From contig CAIYPF010000034.1 in the NCBI GenBank assembly GCA_903928015.1, positions 13,613-77,612 on the forward strand: 64,000 nt of DNA. Direction: 5' to 3'. Shown here in pieces: positions 20,009 through 32,797 of the stretch (its first letter is position 1; each line of letters starts with the position of its first letter). This DNA comes from an uncultured Gammaproteobacteria bacterium (GTDB taxonomy: Bacteria; Pseudomonadota; Gammaproteobacteria; Pseudomonadales; UBA5518). The position numbers and the translations under genes are program-made. The notes below the pieces were generated by a model that did no database searches, was not told the origin of the DNA, and was given only the letters and a program-made list of their open reading frames with translations.

Positions 20009-20434
20009 GTGTTCAGTGCGTTCGCTTTCTGGCTCAGCGCCATCGGATGTCTGGCAGCGGGCGTCGCGGGGGGCTGGCTGTTGCGCATCATGCTCGACCC
20101 CTCTGAACAGAAATTGCGGGATGCCGAAACGCGGATCCGGGCAAGCGAGGCGGCCCTGGATGACTACCGTCGACAGGTGACGGAACACTTCCGCGGCACG
20201 GCAGACCGTGTCAACAAACTCACTGATGACTACCGCGAACTGCACTCCCACCTCGCGCAAGGGGCGATGGGCCTCTGCAATCCGTCAGCAACCGAGGCTC
20301 CTCTGCTTACCAGTCTCTCCGGGGGCGGAGTGCGCGCCATCTCCGGCTCTTCCGTTAATCCGCCGCTCGACTATGCCCCGCCAATGCCGGAAGACGGCGG
20401 GCCGGACGATCTGGGCCGGCTGAGAGAAGTCTGA
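20009..20434 (+). CDS. zapG: ZapG/YhcB (DUF1043) family membrane protein
   Basis: GTG start with GAGG upstream; N-terminal TM, coiled coil, VTEHF, LHSHLAQGA, PPLDYA; divergent from zapE. Confidence 0.85.
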   Translation: MFSAFAFWLSAIGCLAAGVAGGWLLRIMLDPSEQKLRDAETRIRASEAALDDYRRQVTEHFRGTADRVNKLTDDYRELHSHLAQGAMGLCNPSATEAPLLTSLSGGGVRAISGSSVNPPLDYAPPMPEDGGPDDLGRLREV

Positions 20435-20435
20435 A

Positions 20436-21515
20436 GTGCGCTGGCAAACGCTGGGCTGGCCCGTCGCCGCGGGACTGCTGGCTGCGCTGCTGTTCCTGGA
20501 ACTTTCCCCGCAGAGCAGCGAACGAGCAGCGCCTGCTCCGTCTTCATGGGCTGAGGCAGTACGTCGCGCGTCGCCTGCGGTCGTCAACATCTACACCAGC
20601 AAGGTGGTGCGCCGCCCCTACCACCCGCTGATGGACGACCCGCTATACCAGCAATTCTTCCGGCGCAGCCCCGCCCCCCAGCGCGAGCGCATCGAGCGCA
20701 GCCTTGGATCCGGCGTCATCATGTCTGCAGACGGTTACTTGCTCACCAACAACCACGTTATCGCCGGCGCCACGGAGATTCTCGTGCTGCTGTCGGATGG
20801 GCGGGAATCACTGGCCGCCGTCATCGGATCCGACCCCGGGACGGACCTCGCGGTCCTGCGGATCGAACTGCCGGATCTCAAGCCGATAACAGTGGGCAAC
20901 CCCTCGGGTGCACAGGTAGGCGATGTAGTGCTGGCCATAGGCAATCCCTACGGTTTCGAGCAGAGCGTCTCGCAGGGCATCATCAGCGCTGTTGGCAGGT
21001 TCGGCCTGCAGTTGAACGCCTACGAGAATTTCATCCAGACCGATGCCGCCATCAACCCGGGCAACTCCGGTGGTGCGCTCATAGATGCCGAAGGGAACCT
21101 GCTTGGCATCAACACCGCCATCTACTCCCGTTCGGGTGGCTCACAGGGCATAGGGTTGGCGATTCCTGCAGACTCGGCCGCCAAGGTGCTCCAGGACATC
21201 GTCCAGCACGGCGAGGTCATTCGAGGTTGGTTGGGAGTGTCAGTGCAAGGCATGCCGGCACGACTGAGCCTTGCTGAGGGGGAACGTAGTGGCCTCGTTG
21301 TGAGCGATGTGGATACCGGCAGCCCTGCAGCGCACGCGGGCCTGCAACCTGGGGATCTCCTGATAGCGATCAACGGCCAACCCGCAGACCAGGGCCGCAG
21401 CACCATGCTGCGGATTGGCCTGATGGCCCCTGGCGACGCCTTCAGCCTTGACGTCTTGCGCGGAGAGAAGCGCCTGAAACTCGACGGTGTCGTGGGTCAA
21501 CGCCCCTCGCACTGA
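20436..21515 (+). CDS. degS: DegS/AlgW-type HtrA serine protease with one PDZ domain
   Basis: LTNNHV, DLAVL, TDAAINPGNSGG catalytic triad; single PDZ; N-terminal anchor. Confidence 0.88.
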   Translation: MRWQTLGWPVAAGLLAALLFLELSPQSSERAAPAPSSWAEAVRRASPAVVNIYTSKVVRRPYHPLMDDPLYQQFFRRSPAPQRERIERSLGSGVIMSADGYLLTNNHVIAGATEILVLLSDGRESLAAVIGSDPGTDLAVLRIELPDLKPITVGNPSGAQVGDVVLAIGNPYGFEQSVSQGIISAVGRFGLQLNAYENFIQTDAAINPGNSGGALIDAEGNLLGINTAIYSRSGGSQGIGLAIPADSAAKVLQDIVQHGEVIRGWLGVSVQGMPARLSLAEGERSGLVVSDVDTGSPAAHAGLQPGDLLIAINGQPADQGRSTMLRIGLMAPGDAFSLDVLRGEKRLKLDGVVGQRPSH

Positions 21516-21522
21516 CAACGCC

Positions 21523-22626
21523 TCAGCCTGCAGTCTCCTGAAGCGCCGCATCCAGAGCCGAGAGCATTTTTTCGTTCTCTCCTGACGTCCCGACACCAAG
21601 TCGCAGACAGCCGGCAAGGCGTGGGTTCCCGCCGTCCAGACACTTGACCAGCACCCCGTGGCGGATCATCGCTGCATGCACATCCTTCGCTCGTCCATCC
21701 AGAAGCCGAACGAGCAGGAAGTTGGCCTCACCGGGCCACAGATGCATACGGGCATCCGAGCCGATAATCCCCGCAAGCCGGGCACGCTCCGAGACGATCT
21801 GCCTTGTTTGCATGCGCAGCACGTCGAAATTCTCGAGCGCCACTTCCGCTGCAATCTGGTGCAGGACGCCAACGTTATACGGAAGCCGGACCTTGTCGAA
21901 TTCCCCGATCCACGCGGGATCACCCACCAGAAAACCGAGTCGCAGACCGGCAAGCCCGAGCTTCGAGAGCGTACGCATGATCACCAGGTTGGGGTGGCGA
22001 TCGAGCCAGTCGAGGTGATCGCGGGAGCTGAAAGCCCAATAGGCCTCGTCGATCACGACGAGCGCGCCTGCTGCGGCCTCCAGCACGCGCTCAAGGGCGG
22101 GCGCGTCGAAAAGATTGCCCGTGGGATTGTTCGGGCAGGCAAGAAACACTATCCGAGGCCGGTGTTCGCGTAACGCGGCGCACATCGCGTCAGCGTCAAG
22201 ACCGAAATCATCGGCGAGCGGCACCTCGTCGTAGGCCATCCCGGCCCAGCCCGCCAGCACGCGGAACATGACGAAGGTGGGTGCGGGCGCCATGACGCGC
22301 GCACCCGGCACCGAGAGCGCGGTCATCATGATCTGGATGAGTTCGTCTGAGCCGTTACCCAGCATCAGGCTCCATCGCGAAGGTATGCCGAAGGCCTCGC
22401 GCAGGCGCTTCTGAACGCCGAGTGCGTGAGGGTCCGGATAGCGGTTCATCTGTGCGGCTGACAGCCGTTCCGAGAGCGTTCCCTGCAGTTCAGCCGGCCA
22501 ACCGAAAGGGCTTTCCATCTGGTCGAGGCGGATGAGACCGCGGGAATCCTGAACGTGATACGCAGAGGCGGCACGCACGTCTTCACGCACCAGGAGACGG
22601 GACAGGGATTCGGCGGAGCCGCTCAT
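21523..22626 (-). CDS. hisC: Histidinol-phosphate aminotransferase
   Basis: NRYPD, GNGSDE, PNNPTG, DEAY, RTLSK..LAGLRLG. Confidence 0.95.
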   Translation of the reverse strand: MSGSAESLSRLLVREDVRAASAYHVQDSRGLIRLDQMESPFGWPAELQGTLSERLSAAQMNRYPDPHALGVQKRLREAFGIPSRWSLMLGNGSDELIQIMMTALSVPGARVMAPAPTFVMFRVLAGWAGMAYDEVPLADDFGLDADAMCAALREHRPRIVFLACPNNPTGNLFDAPALERVLEAAAGALVVIDEAYWAFSSRDHLDWLDRHPNLVIMRTLSKLGLAGLRLGFLVGDPAWIGEFDKVRLPYNVGVLHQIAAEVALENFDVLRMQTRQIVSERARLAGIIGSDARMHLWPGEANFLLVRLLDGRAKDVHAAMIRHGVLVKCLDGGNPRLAGCLRLGVGTSGENEKMLSALDAALQETAG

Positions 22627-23929
22627 GCCTTCACCGCCATCACGCCCGGCCGTGCCGAGGCAGACTCGGCGTGCGCCTGAAGTCCCTCGGCCAAGGCAAG
22701 CTCGCGCGATATGGCGCCAAGCACGGCCGCACCGCGAGGCGAGCAACCGATGAGTGAACTGCGCTTCTGGAAATCAGCGACACCGAGCGGCGAGGAAAAC
22801 CGCGCCGTGCCGGAGGTCGGCAACACGTGACTGGGGCCTGCGCAGTAATCGCCTATGGCCTCCGCGGTATGCCGCCCCAGGAACACAGCACCCGCATGGC
22901 GGATGGAGGCGAGCAACGCCTCGGGATCCTCCACCGACAACTCGAGATGCTCCGGGGCCAGGCGATTGCAGATGTCCGCAGACTGGGCGAGGTCGCGCAC
23001 CAGCACCAACGCACCGCGCGACGCCAGCGATGTGGCAATGATGCCCCGTCTTTCCATGGTGGGCAGCAGCCGCCCTATCGATGCCGCTACCGCATCGAGG
23101 AAGGCTGAATCGGGGCTGATCAACACAGCCTGAGCATCTTCGTCGTGCTCGGCCTGGGAAAAGAGGTCGAGTGCGATCCAGTCAGGCTCCGTGCGCCCGT
23201 CGCAGATAACGACAATCTCGGAGGGGCCCGCGATCATGTCGATGCCCACCTGGCCGAAGACCTGCCGCTTGGCCTCGGCAACCCAGGCATTGCCCGGACC
23301 GACGATCTTGTCGACGCGCGGAACCACCGTGCTGCCGAAGGCAAGCGCAGCAACGGCCTGCGCGCCGCCGACGGTAAAGACGCGGTCGACGCCGGCGATA
23401 TGCGCGGCAGCGAGCACAGCGTCGCTCAGCTCGCCTTCCGGCGCGGGGACGGTCATCACCAACTGACCCACACCCGCGACACGGGCAGGCAGGCAATTCA
23501 TCAGGACAGACGAGGGATAGCTGGCTTTGCCGCCCGGGACGTAGACGCCCACGCTGTCCAGAGCTGTGATGCGCTGACCCAGAAGGGTGCCGTCTTCATC
23601 CCGGTATTGCCAGGAGTCCTGGCGCTGCCGCAGGTGATAGGACTCGATGCGCTTCGCCGCAGACTCAAGCGCCGCGCGCAGCGTGGACGGGAGTCGCGCG
23701 CACGCCTCGGCAAGGGCAGCAGCAGGCACCTCAAGCGAGGCCGCATCCACAACGCTGCGACGGTCGAAACGGTTGGTGTATTCAACGAGCGCGGCATCTC
23801 CACGCGAACGGATGTCAGCGACAATTGCCGCAACCGTCTGCGCGATATTGCCATCGGCGCCACCAGGGGGCGCTCGCAGGGCCGCGAAATCGCGCTCGAA
23901 ACCAGGCGCGCTGGCGTCGAGCCGGCGTA

Positions 23930-23933
<4 letters not shown>
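22623..23933 (-). CDS. hisD: Histidinol dehydrogenase
   Basis: [39 protein letters not shown]. Confidence 0.97.
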
Positions 23934-26119
<2,186 letters not shown>

Positions 26120-26304
26120 GCAAGGAATCTCCGGGAGTTCATCGGCAAGCGGCAGCCCCGTGGCGCGTCAGGCGTGCCCGTCGAGACAAGGTTTCCGCGA
26201 GCGGGCTATGATAGCCGCGCGCCGGAATAAGGGTGAACACCCCCGCGCATGACATAAGCCCGCCCTGCATGCGGGCACCCACTGACAGACCGGCCCCGGG
26301 AAAC

Positions 26305-27276
26305 ATGACAACAACGGCCTTCCTGGCATCCGCACTTCGCACCGTCACCCTCGAGATCGAGGCCGTCGCCCGCCTCAAGGACCGCATCGGAGAGAACTTC
26401 GAGCGCGCCTGCACGATGATGCTCGCCTGCGATGGCAGGGTCGTCGTCACCGGCATGGGCAAGTCCGGACACATCGCCAACAAGATCGCGGCCACGCTGG
26501 CCAGCACCGGAACCCCGGCGTTCTTCGTGCATCCGGGCGAAGCAAGCCACGGAGACCTCGGCATGATCACCGGCAAGGACGTGGTGCTCGCGCTCTCCAA
26601 TTCGGGCACCACACCCGAGATCCTCACCATCGTCCCGCTGATCAAGCGGATGGGCGCGGGTCTCATCTCCATGACCGGCAAGCCGGAATCCACGCTGGCC
26701 CGCCTCGCCGACGTCAACCTCGACGCCGGCGTCGAGACCGAGGCCTGCCCGCTGGATCTCGCGCCCACCTCCAGCACCACCGTTGCGCTGGTGCTGGGAG
26801 ATGCCCTGGCGATAGCGCTCCTCGAGGCGCGCGGCTTTTCGGCCGAGGATTTCGCCTTCTCGCACCCGGGTGGAGCTCTGGGACGCAAACTTCTGATGAC
26901 CGTCGGCGACATCATGCACCAGGGCCTAGAGGTGCCGCGGGTCTCACCCGAGACCCGGATCCGGGAAGCGCTCCTCGAGATGACCGCCAAGGGTTTCGGC
27001 ATGACCACCATCACGGACACCGAAGGCCGCCTGCTTGGCGTCTTCACCGATGGCGACCTGCGTCGCGCCCTGGACCATGACGTGGACTTCCACGATGCGG
27101 CCATCGGCGAGCACATGACCACGCGCTGCAAGACCGTCACCCGCGGGATTCTCGCCGCCGCCGCCCTGCACGCCATGGAGGAGCGCAAGATCAGCTCCCT
27201 GGTCATCGTCGACGATGCAAACCGCCCCACGGGCCTCATTCACCTCCACGACCTGCTGCGCGCAGGCATTGCCTGA
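26305..27276 (+). CDS. kdsD: Arabinose-5-phosphate isomerase (KpsF/GutQ)
   Basis: TGMGKSGHI, EASHGDLG, EACPLDLAPTSS, HPGGALG and a CBS pair. Confidence 0.96.
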   Translation: MTTTAFLASALRTVTLEIEAVARLKDRIGENFERACTMMLACDGRVVVTGMGKSGHIANKIAATLASTGTPAFFVHPGEASHGDLGMITGKDVVLALSNSGTTPEILTIVPLIKRMGAGLISMTGKPESTLARLADVNLDAGVETEACPLDLAPTSSTTVALVLGDALAIALLEARGFSAEDFAFSHPGGALGRKLLMTVGDIMHQGLEVPRVSPETRIREALLEMTAKGFGMTTITDTEGRLLGVFTDGDLRRALDHDVDFHDAAIGEHMTTRCKTVTRGILAAAALHAMEERKISSLVIVDDANRPTGLIHLHDLLRAGIA

Positions 27277-27284
27277 GACCTGCC

Positions 27285-27836
27285 GTGAGCACACCTGCAC
27301 CGGAACTCGAGGCACGCGCACGCCGCATACGGCTGCTCGCGCTGGACGTCGATGGCGTTCTCACTGACGGCCGCATCCACTACACGAGCGCGGGCGAGGA
27401 AATGAAATCCTTCTCGATCCTCGACGGCCTCGGCATCAAAATGCTGCGTCGAGCGGGAATAGAAGTCGCAGTGATCACCGCACGCCGCTCGCCGATGGTC
27501 GAACGCAGGGTGGCAGAACTCGGCATCGAGCACTGCCTTCAAGGCAGGGAAGACAAACTCGAGGCCCTGCGTGAACTCGTCACGCCGCTGGGTATAGCCT
27601 TGGAGGAAGTCGCCTACATGGGCGATGACCTCCCGGATCTCCGGGCGATCCTCTCCGTGGGCCTCGGGATGACCGTGGCCAATGCCAGCAGCGAGGTGGC
27701 GAAGCGCGCCCCCTGGCGCGCGGCCGCGCGCGGCGGCGACGGCGCCGTACGCGAAGCCTGCGAGATGCTCCTGCGCGCACGCGGCGCCTGGGAGGAGGCG
27801 ATCGGGCGCTATCTTCCGGAAACGGGTGGTCTATGA
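27285..27836 (+). CDS. kdsC: KDO 8-phosphate phosphatase
   Basis: DVDGVLTDG, DGLGI, GDDLPD, GGDGAVRE. Confidence 0.96.
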   Translation: MSTPAPELEARARRIRLLALDVDGVLTDGRIHYTSAGEEMKSFSILDGLGIKMLRRAGIEVAVITARRSPMVERRVAELGIEHCLQGREDKLEALRELVTPLGIALEEVAYMGDDLPDLRAILSVGLGMTVANASSEVAKRAPWRAAARGGDGAVREACEMLLRARGAWEEAIGRYLPETGGL

Positions 27837-27887
27837 TCGGCAATGGCCGTGGGCAGAGGTAACAGGCAGGTGAGAAGATCCGATCCG

Positions 27888-28454
27888 ATGTCACGCGTAC
27901 CCGCGTGCCTCCCCGCAGCGGCAGCGCTGTTCATGGCCGTGCTGTCTGCCGCGCTGCAAGCCCTGCCCGACGACCGCGACCAGCCGATCTACATATCGTC
28001 CGATCGCGCCGAACGCGACGAGCGCAAGGGCACCACGGTCTACACCGGTGACGTCGAGATCGACCAGGGCAGCCTGCATATCTCCGCATCCAGCGTCACG
28101 ATCCGTGAGAGCGGCGATACCGTGAACGAGATCCTTGCCACGGGTGATCCGGCCAAGATGCGCCAGAAACCGGCCGAAGACCGGGAGCCCGTCTACGCCC
28201 GCGCCCGCTCGATCCAGTACAACGTTACCGGGGAGGTGCTCACCCTGGTGGATGATGCCTCGGTCACCCAGGAAGGCACGACGGTCACCGGCGACCACAT
28301 CGTCTATTACATCGAGGAGCAACGCGTGAAGGCGAGCGGCGGCGGCAACGCCTCCGGCAAGGAACGCGTGAAGGTGGTTATCCCCCCGCGCCGCTCGGGC
28401 ACACGACCCGCGACGCCGGCAACGCCTGAAGGGAAGTCCGATGCCCCGTCTTGA
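27888..28454 (+). CDS. lptA: LPS transport periplasmic protein LptA
   Basis: Signal peptide then [32 protein letters not shown]; alternative ATG at 27843. Confidence 0.92.
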   Translation: MSRVPACLPAAAALFMAVLSAALQALPDDRDQPIYISSDRAERDERKGTTVYTGDVEIDQGSLHISASSVTIRESGDTVNEILATGDPAKMRQKPAEDREPVYARARSIQYNVTGEVLTLVDDASVTQEGTTVTGDHIVYYIEEQRVKASGGGNASGKERVKVVIPPRRSGTRPATPATPEGKSDAPS

Positions 28455-29166
28455 GGCCCTGCATCTCGCGAAGTCCTATCGCGGCCGGGAAGTGGTGCGG
28501 GACGTGTCACTGCAGATGCAGAGCGGCGAGATCGTCGGGCTTCTGGGGCCCAACGGTGCAGGCAAGACCACCTGCTTCTACATGATCCTCGGCATCATCC
28601 CGGCAGACCGCGGCCAAGTGATGCTGGACGGCGAGGACCTCACGCATTTGCCCATGCACGGCCGGGCCAATCGAGGCATAGGCTATCTGCCGCAGGAGGC
28701 CTCGGTGTTCCGGCGCCTTAGCGTCGAAGACAACATCCTCGCCATCCTCGAGACGCGCCCGGCGACCACACGGGCACGCATGCTCGAGAAGCTCGAGGAA
28801 CTGCTGCAGGAATTCAGCCTCACGCACCTGCGCAGTCAGCGCGGGATGTCGCTCTCCGGAGGCGAACGCCGGCGTGTCGAGATCGCCAGGGCACTCGCCA
28901 GCGATCCGGCCTTCATCCTGCTCGACGAACCCTTCGCGGGCGTCGACCCGATTTCTGTGCACGACATCAAGGAAATCATCCGTCACCTGCAGCGCCGCGG
29001 CATCGGGGTGCTGATCACGGACCACAACGTGCGCGAGACCCTCGATATCTGCGAGCGCGCCTACATCGTGGGCGAGGGCCGCATCATCACTGACGGCGCG
29101 CCCGCCGATATCCTCGCCCACGAGAAGGTGCGTGAGGTCTATCTGGGACAGCAGTTCAGAATGTAA
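28441..29166 (+). CDS. lptB: LPS export ABC ATPase LptB
   Basis: [43 protein letters not shown]. Confidence 0.97.
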   Translation: MPRLEALHLAKSYRGREVVRDVSLQMQSGEIVGLLGPNGAGKTTCFYMILGIIPADRGQVMLDGEDLTHLPMHGRANRGIGYLPQEASVFRRLSVEDNILAILETRPATTRARMLEKLEELLQEFSLTHLRSQRGMSLSGGERRRVEIARALASDPAFILLDEPFAGVDPISVHDIKEIIRHLQRRGIGVLITDHNVRETLDICERAYIVGEGRIITDGAPADILAHEKVREVYLGQQFRM

Positions 29167-29177
29167 GCCGCGCGCTC

Positions 29178-29217
29178 TGGCGCGTGCGTTGCATGGTACC
29201 CATGCGGGGTCTACACT
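29178..29217 (+). promoter_or_regulatory. rpoN upstream region: sigma54 -24/-12 site overlapping a sigma70 promoter
   Basis: TGGCGC-N5-TTGCA at 29178-29193 (GG-N10-GC); TTGCAT, 17 nt, TACACT at 29189-29217. Confidence 0.6.
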
Positions 29218-29278
29218 CGAACCGAGGGCAGCCCCCGGCAGCCCGGCCAGTTTCCACACCACGGCCAAGCGGTAATCG

Positions 29279-30757
29279 ATGAAGCAGTCGCTACAGCTCA
29301 AAATGGGTCAGCATCTGACGATGACCCCGCAGCTGCAGCAGGCGATCCGTCTACTCCAGCTCTCCACACTCGAGTTGCAGCAGGAAATCCAGGAGCAGCT
29401 CGACAGCAACCCACTGCTCGAGATGACCGAGAACACCGGCGATGGCGCGGGCCCTGATGCCGCAGCGGACGACCGGGATTACACCGACGCTCCGGAGCCT
29501 CAGGAAGCCGCATCCTCCACCGCCGAGACGCCGGTATCGGCCGACGCCGAATCCATACCGCCAGAGCTTGCCGTCGACAGCACCTGGGAGGACATCTACG
29601 ACTCGGTGCTGCCTTCAGGCAGTGGTGGGGACTCCGAAGAAAGCCGCGACTTCGAAAGCTATACCGCAGAGGCTGCGACGCTGGGCGATCACCTGCGCTG
29701 GCAGCTCAACCTCACGCCGATGTCGGACACCGATCGCCTCATCGCCGAATCCATCATCGATGCAATCGACGCCGACGGCATGCTGACCGTGGGCGTTGCG
29801 GAGCTCACCGAGAGCTTTGCCCCGGAACTCGGCATCGAGGAAGACGAGGTGCTCGCCGTGCTGAGGCGCGTTCAGCACTTCGACCCGCTGGGCGTTGGCT
29901 CCCGGGACCTGCGGGAATGCCTGTCGATCCAGCTGCGGCAACTTGACGACACCGACCCCGCCGTCCGCAATGCGCGCGCCATCGTCGACAAGCACCTGGA
30001 GCTTCTGGGATCGCGCGACTACACCACGCTGATGCGGAAGCTGCGCCTCGACGAGACCGAACTGCGCGCCGCCATCGCCTGCATCCAGCAACTCAATCCG
30101 CGTCCGGGCGGCGTGATAAACCCGGAACCACCCGAATACGTGGTGCCGGATGTGCTGGTCACACGCCGCAACAACCGCTGGCATGTAGAGCTGAACCCGG
30201 AGATCGCGCCGAAGCTGCGCGTCAATTCCTTCTACGCGGGGCTCATACGCCGCGCCGACAACTCCGCCGACAATGTGTTCCTGCGCGACAACCTGCAAGA
30301 GGCCAAGTGGTTCATCAAGAGCCTGCAGAGCCGCAACGACACGCTGCTCAAGGTGGCCCGGTGCATCGTCGAACGGCAGCAGGGCTTCCTCGAGCACGGC
30401 GAGGAGGCGATGCGCCCGATGATCCTCCACGACGTCGCCACCGCCGTGAACATGCACGAGTCCACCATCTCCCGGGTGACCACGCAGAAGTACATGCACA
30501 CGCCCGGCGGGATCTTCGAACTCAAGTATTTTTTCTCGAGCCATGTGAGCACAGCCGCCGGTGGCGAGTGTTCCTCGGTGGCGATTCGCGCCATCATCAA
30601 GAAGCTGGTGGCAGCAGAGAACGTGCGCAAGCCGTTGAGCGACAGCAAGATCGCCTCGATCCTGGAGGATCAGGGCATCAACGTGGCACGGCGCACCATC
30701 GCCAAATACCGCGAGGCGCTGGGCATCGTGCCATCGAACGAGCGCAAGCAGCTGTGA
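29279..30757 (+). CDS. rpoN: RNA polymerase sigma-54 factor
   Basis: [21 protein letters not shown], RpoN box [10 protein letters not shown]. Confidence 0.98.
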   Translation: MKQSLQLKMGQHLTMTPQLQQAIRLLQLSTLELQQEIQEQLDSNPLLEMTENTGDGAGPDAAADDRDYTDAPEPQEAASSTAETPVSADAESIPPELAVDSTWEDIYDSVLPSGSGGDSEESRDFESYTAEAATLGDHLRWQLNLTPMSDTDRLIAESIIDAIDADGMLTVGVAELTESFAPELGIEEDEVLAVLRRVQHFDPLGVGSRDLRECLSIQLRQLDDTDPAVRNARAIVDKHLELLGSRDYTTLMRKLRLDETELRAAIACIQQLNPRPGGVINPEPPEYVVPDVLVTRRNNRWHVELNPEIAPKLRVNSFYAGLIRRADNSADNVFLRDNLQEAKWFIKSLQSRNDTLLKVARCIVERQQGFLEHGEEAMRPMILHDVATAVNMHESTISRVTTQKYMHTPGGIFELKYFFSSHVSTAAGGECSSVAIRAIIKKLVAAENVRKPLSDSKIASILEDQGINVARRTIAKYREALGIVPSNERKQL

Positions 30758-30816
30758 CCGGGCCGCAGGCACGGGCTGCCAGGCAGGCAACAACCGCGGA
30801 CTGACAGGAGGGAATC

Positions 30817-31107
30817 ATGCAGATCAACATCAGTGGACATCACGTAGAACTCACCGAGGCCTTGCGCAACTACGTCGGCAGCAAACTCGGGCGCCTCGAG
30901 CGCCACGCGGAAAACATCACGCATATAGACGTGGTGCTGAACGTCGAGAAACTGCGCCAGAAGGTCGAGGCGACGATGCGCATGGCCGGCGCCGAGCTCT
31001 TCGCGGCGGCAGAGGACGAGGACATGTACGCCGCCATCGATGCGCTGGCAGACAAACTCGACCGCCAACTCGAGAAGCACAAGGGCAAGAGAACCAGCCA
31101 CCACTAA
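30817..31107 (+). CDS. hpf: Ribosome hibernation promoting factor (short)
   Basis: MQINISGHHVELTEAL, DMYAAID; after rpoN. Confidence 0.96.
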   Translation: MQINISGHHVELTEALRNYVGSKLGRLERHAENITHIDVVLNVEKLRQKVEATMRMAGAELFAAAEDEDMYAAIDALADKLDRQLEKHKGKRTSHH

Positions 31108-31156
31108 CGCGCGACCCGGGCTCGGGTCGCCAGCGCCAGGGCGCCGGGGAGCAGGA

Positions 31157-32044
31157 ATGGACCGCAACGTCGCGCCCGTCGCCAAGCTGGTGGTTGTCAG
31201 CGGACGCTCCGGCTCGGGCAAGAGCACCGCGCTCCACGTGCTGGAGGACGCGGGCTTTTATTGCATCGACAACATCCCGGCAGTGCTGCTGCCGCAGTTG
31301 CTGGAGCAGTGCGCGGGCGAGGCTTCTCTCGCCCGCACCGCGGTCAGCATCGACGCGCGGAACATGCCGGGCTCGCTGTCGCGCTTTGGCGAGATCATCG
31401 CCGGGCTCCCGCCGGAATTCGCGGTCGAGGTGATCTACCTCGACGCCGATGACGCCACGCTCATCAAACGCTTCAGCGAAACGCGCCGCCGCCACCCGCT
31501 CAGCAACGAGGGCATGCCGCTTGCCGAGGCACTGGCAGCCGAACGGGCCCTTCTCGCCCCGATCGCCGCGCGCGCCGCGAGGACAATCGACACGCGCAGC
31601 ATGTCGTTGCACGACCTGCGCGACCTCATCACCAAGACAGTGCTCGCGCAACCCTCGAGCGGGATGGCAGTGCTGTTCGAGTCCTTCGGATTCAAGAGCG
31701 GTATTCCGCTGGACGCGGATCTGGTCTTCGATCTGCGCAGCCTGCCGAACCCGCACTGGCTTCCGGAGCTGCGCCACTTGAGCGGCCGCGACACACCGGT
31801 GGCCGAGTTCCTCGCCGCGAGCACCGAGGTGGGCGAAATGCTCGGAGACATCGGTACCTTCCTGGATCGCTGGCTGCCACGATACGCCGCCAGCAACCGC
31901 AGCTACACCACCGTGGCGCTGGGCTGCACAGGCGGACGCCATCGCTCCGTCTACGCCGCCGAGCGGCTGCTCGAGCGATTTGCCACACAGTTCCCGGGCG
32001 CGCGGCTGCGTCACCGTGAACTCGGACCGGAGTCATCGTCATGA
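31157..32044 (+). CDS. rapZ: RNase adapter RapZ
   Basis: SGRSGSGKS, FSETRRRHPL, SFGFK, LPNPHW, GCTGGRHRSV. Confidence 0.96.
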   Translation: MDRNVAPVAKLVVVSGRSGSGKSTALHVLEDAGFYCIDNIPAVLLPQLLEQCAGEASLARTAVSIDARNMPGSLSRFGEIIAGLPPEFAVEVIYLDADDATLIKRFSETRRRHPLSNEGMPLAEALAAERALLAPIAARAARTIDTRSMSLHDLRDLITKTVLAQPSSGMAVLFESFGFKSGIPLDADLVFDLRSLPNPHWLPELRHLSGRDTPVAEFLAASTEVGEMLGDIGTFLDRWLPRYAASNRSYTTVALGCTGGRHRSVYAAERLLERFATQFPGARLRHRELGPESSS

Positions 32045-32310
32045 TCAGCCGTGAACTGGACGTCATAAACCGACTTGGCCTGCACGCGCGGGCAGCCGCG
32101 AAACTGGTCGGTACCGCAACACGCTTCGCCAGCGCGCTCACGCTGACGCGGGAGGGTCGCAACGCAGACGCCAAGAGCATCATGGCAGTGATGATGCTGG
32201 CCGCGACCCGCGGCCACACTGTCACGCTCTCGGCCGACGGGCCCGACGAGTCAGAGGCGCTCGAAGCCGTGACACAACTCATTGCCGACAGGTTCGGCGA
32301 AGATGAGTGA
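32041..32310 (+). CDS. ptsO: Phosphocarrier NPr (HPr family)
   Basis: GLHARAAAKLV, AKSIMAVM, FGEDE; in the rpoN operon. Confidence 0.93.
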   Translation: MISRELDVINRLGLHARAAAKLVGTATRFASALTLTREGRNADAKSIMAVMMLAATRGHTVTLSADGPDESEALEAVTQLIADRFGEDE

Positions 32311-32797
32311 ACCCGTGGAGGATTGGGGCCCCAGCAAATCCAGCCGCAAACGCGAACACCGCGAGTTGCAGACGCTGGCCGAGTCGCTAGCGGCCCTGCC
32401 GGAGCCCCGTTTCCGCAAGCTCCCGCTCTCCGAGCGCACCCGGGACGCGCTGGAAGCAGCGCGCCGCATGCCGCGCAGTGGCAGTCGCAACCGGCAGATC
32501 AGGCTGATCGCGCAACTGTTGCTGGAAGAAGACCTCGAGGCCCTGGCAAAGCCCCCGCAGGAACTGGCATCCAAAGCCCGCGAGGAGGCAGCGCGGCACC
32601 ATGCCGCCGAGAAACTCCGCGAACGGATGCTGGAGACAGGCGAGCCCGCACTGGAGGGCACCGCTGCCACGCCGGAGCAACGCGAACGCGCCCGCTCCCT
32701 GCTGCACGACGCGTCGCCCCGTGCGCCCACCTCGCGCAGCGTGCCGGCACGGCGCGCGCTATACCGCCTGGCCCTGGAGATCCTCGCCCCTGACTGA
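32303..32797 (+). CDS. darP: Ribosome biogenesis factor DarP/YjgA (DUF615)
   Basis: PSKSSRKRE..LQ, RQIRLIAQLL; C-terminal half divergent. Confidence 0.8.
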   Translation: MSEPVEDWGPSKSSRKREHRELQTLAESLAALPEPRFRKLPLSERTRDALEAARRMPRSGSRNRQIRLIAQLLLEEDLEALAKPPQELASKAREEAARHHAAEKLRERMLETGEPALEGTAATPEQRERARSLLHDASPRAPTSRSVPARRALYRLALEILAPD

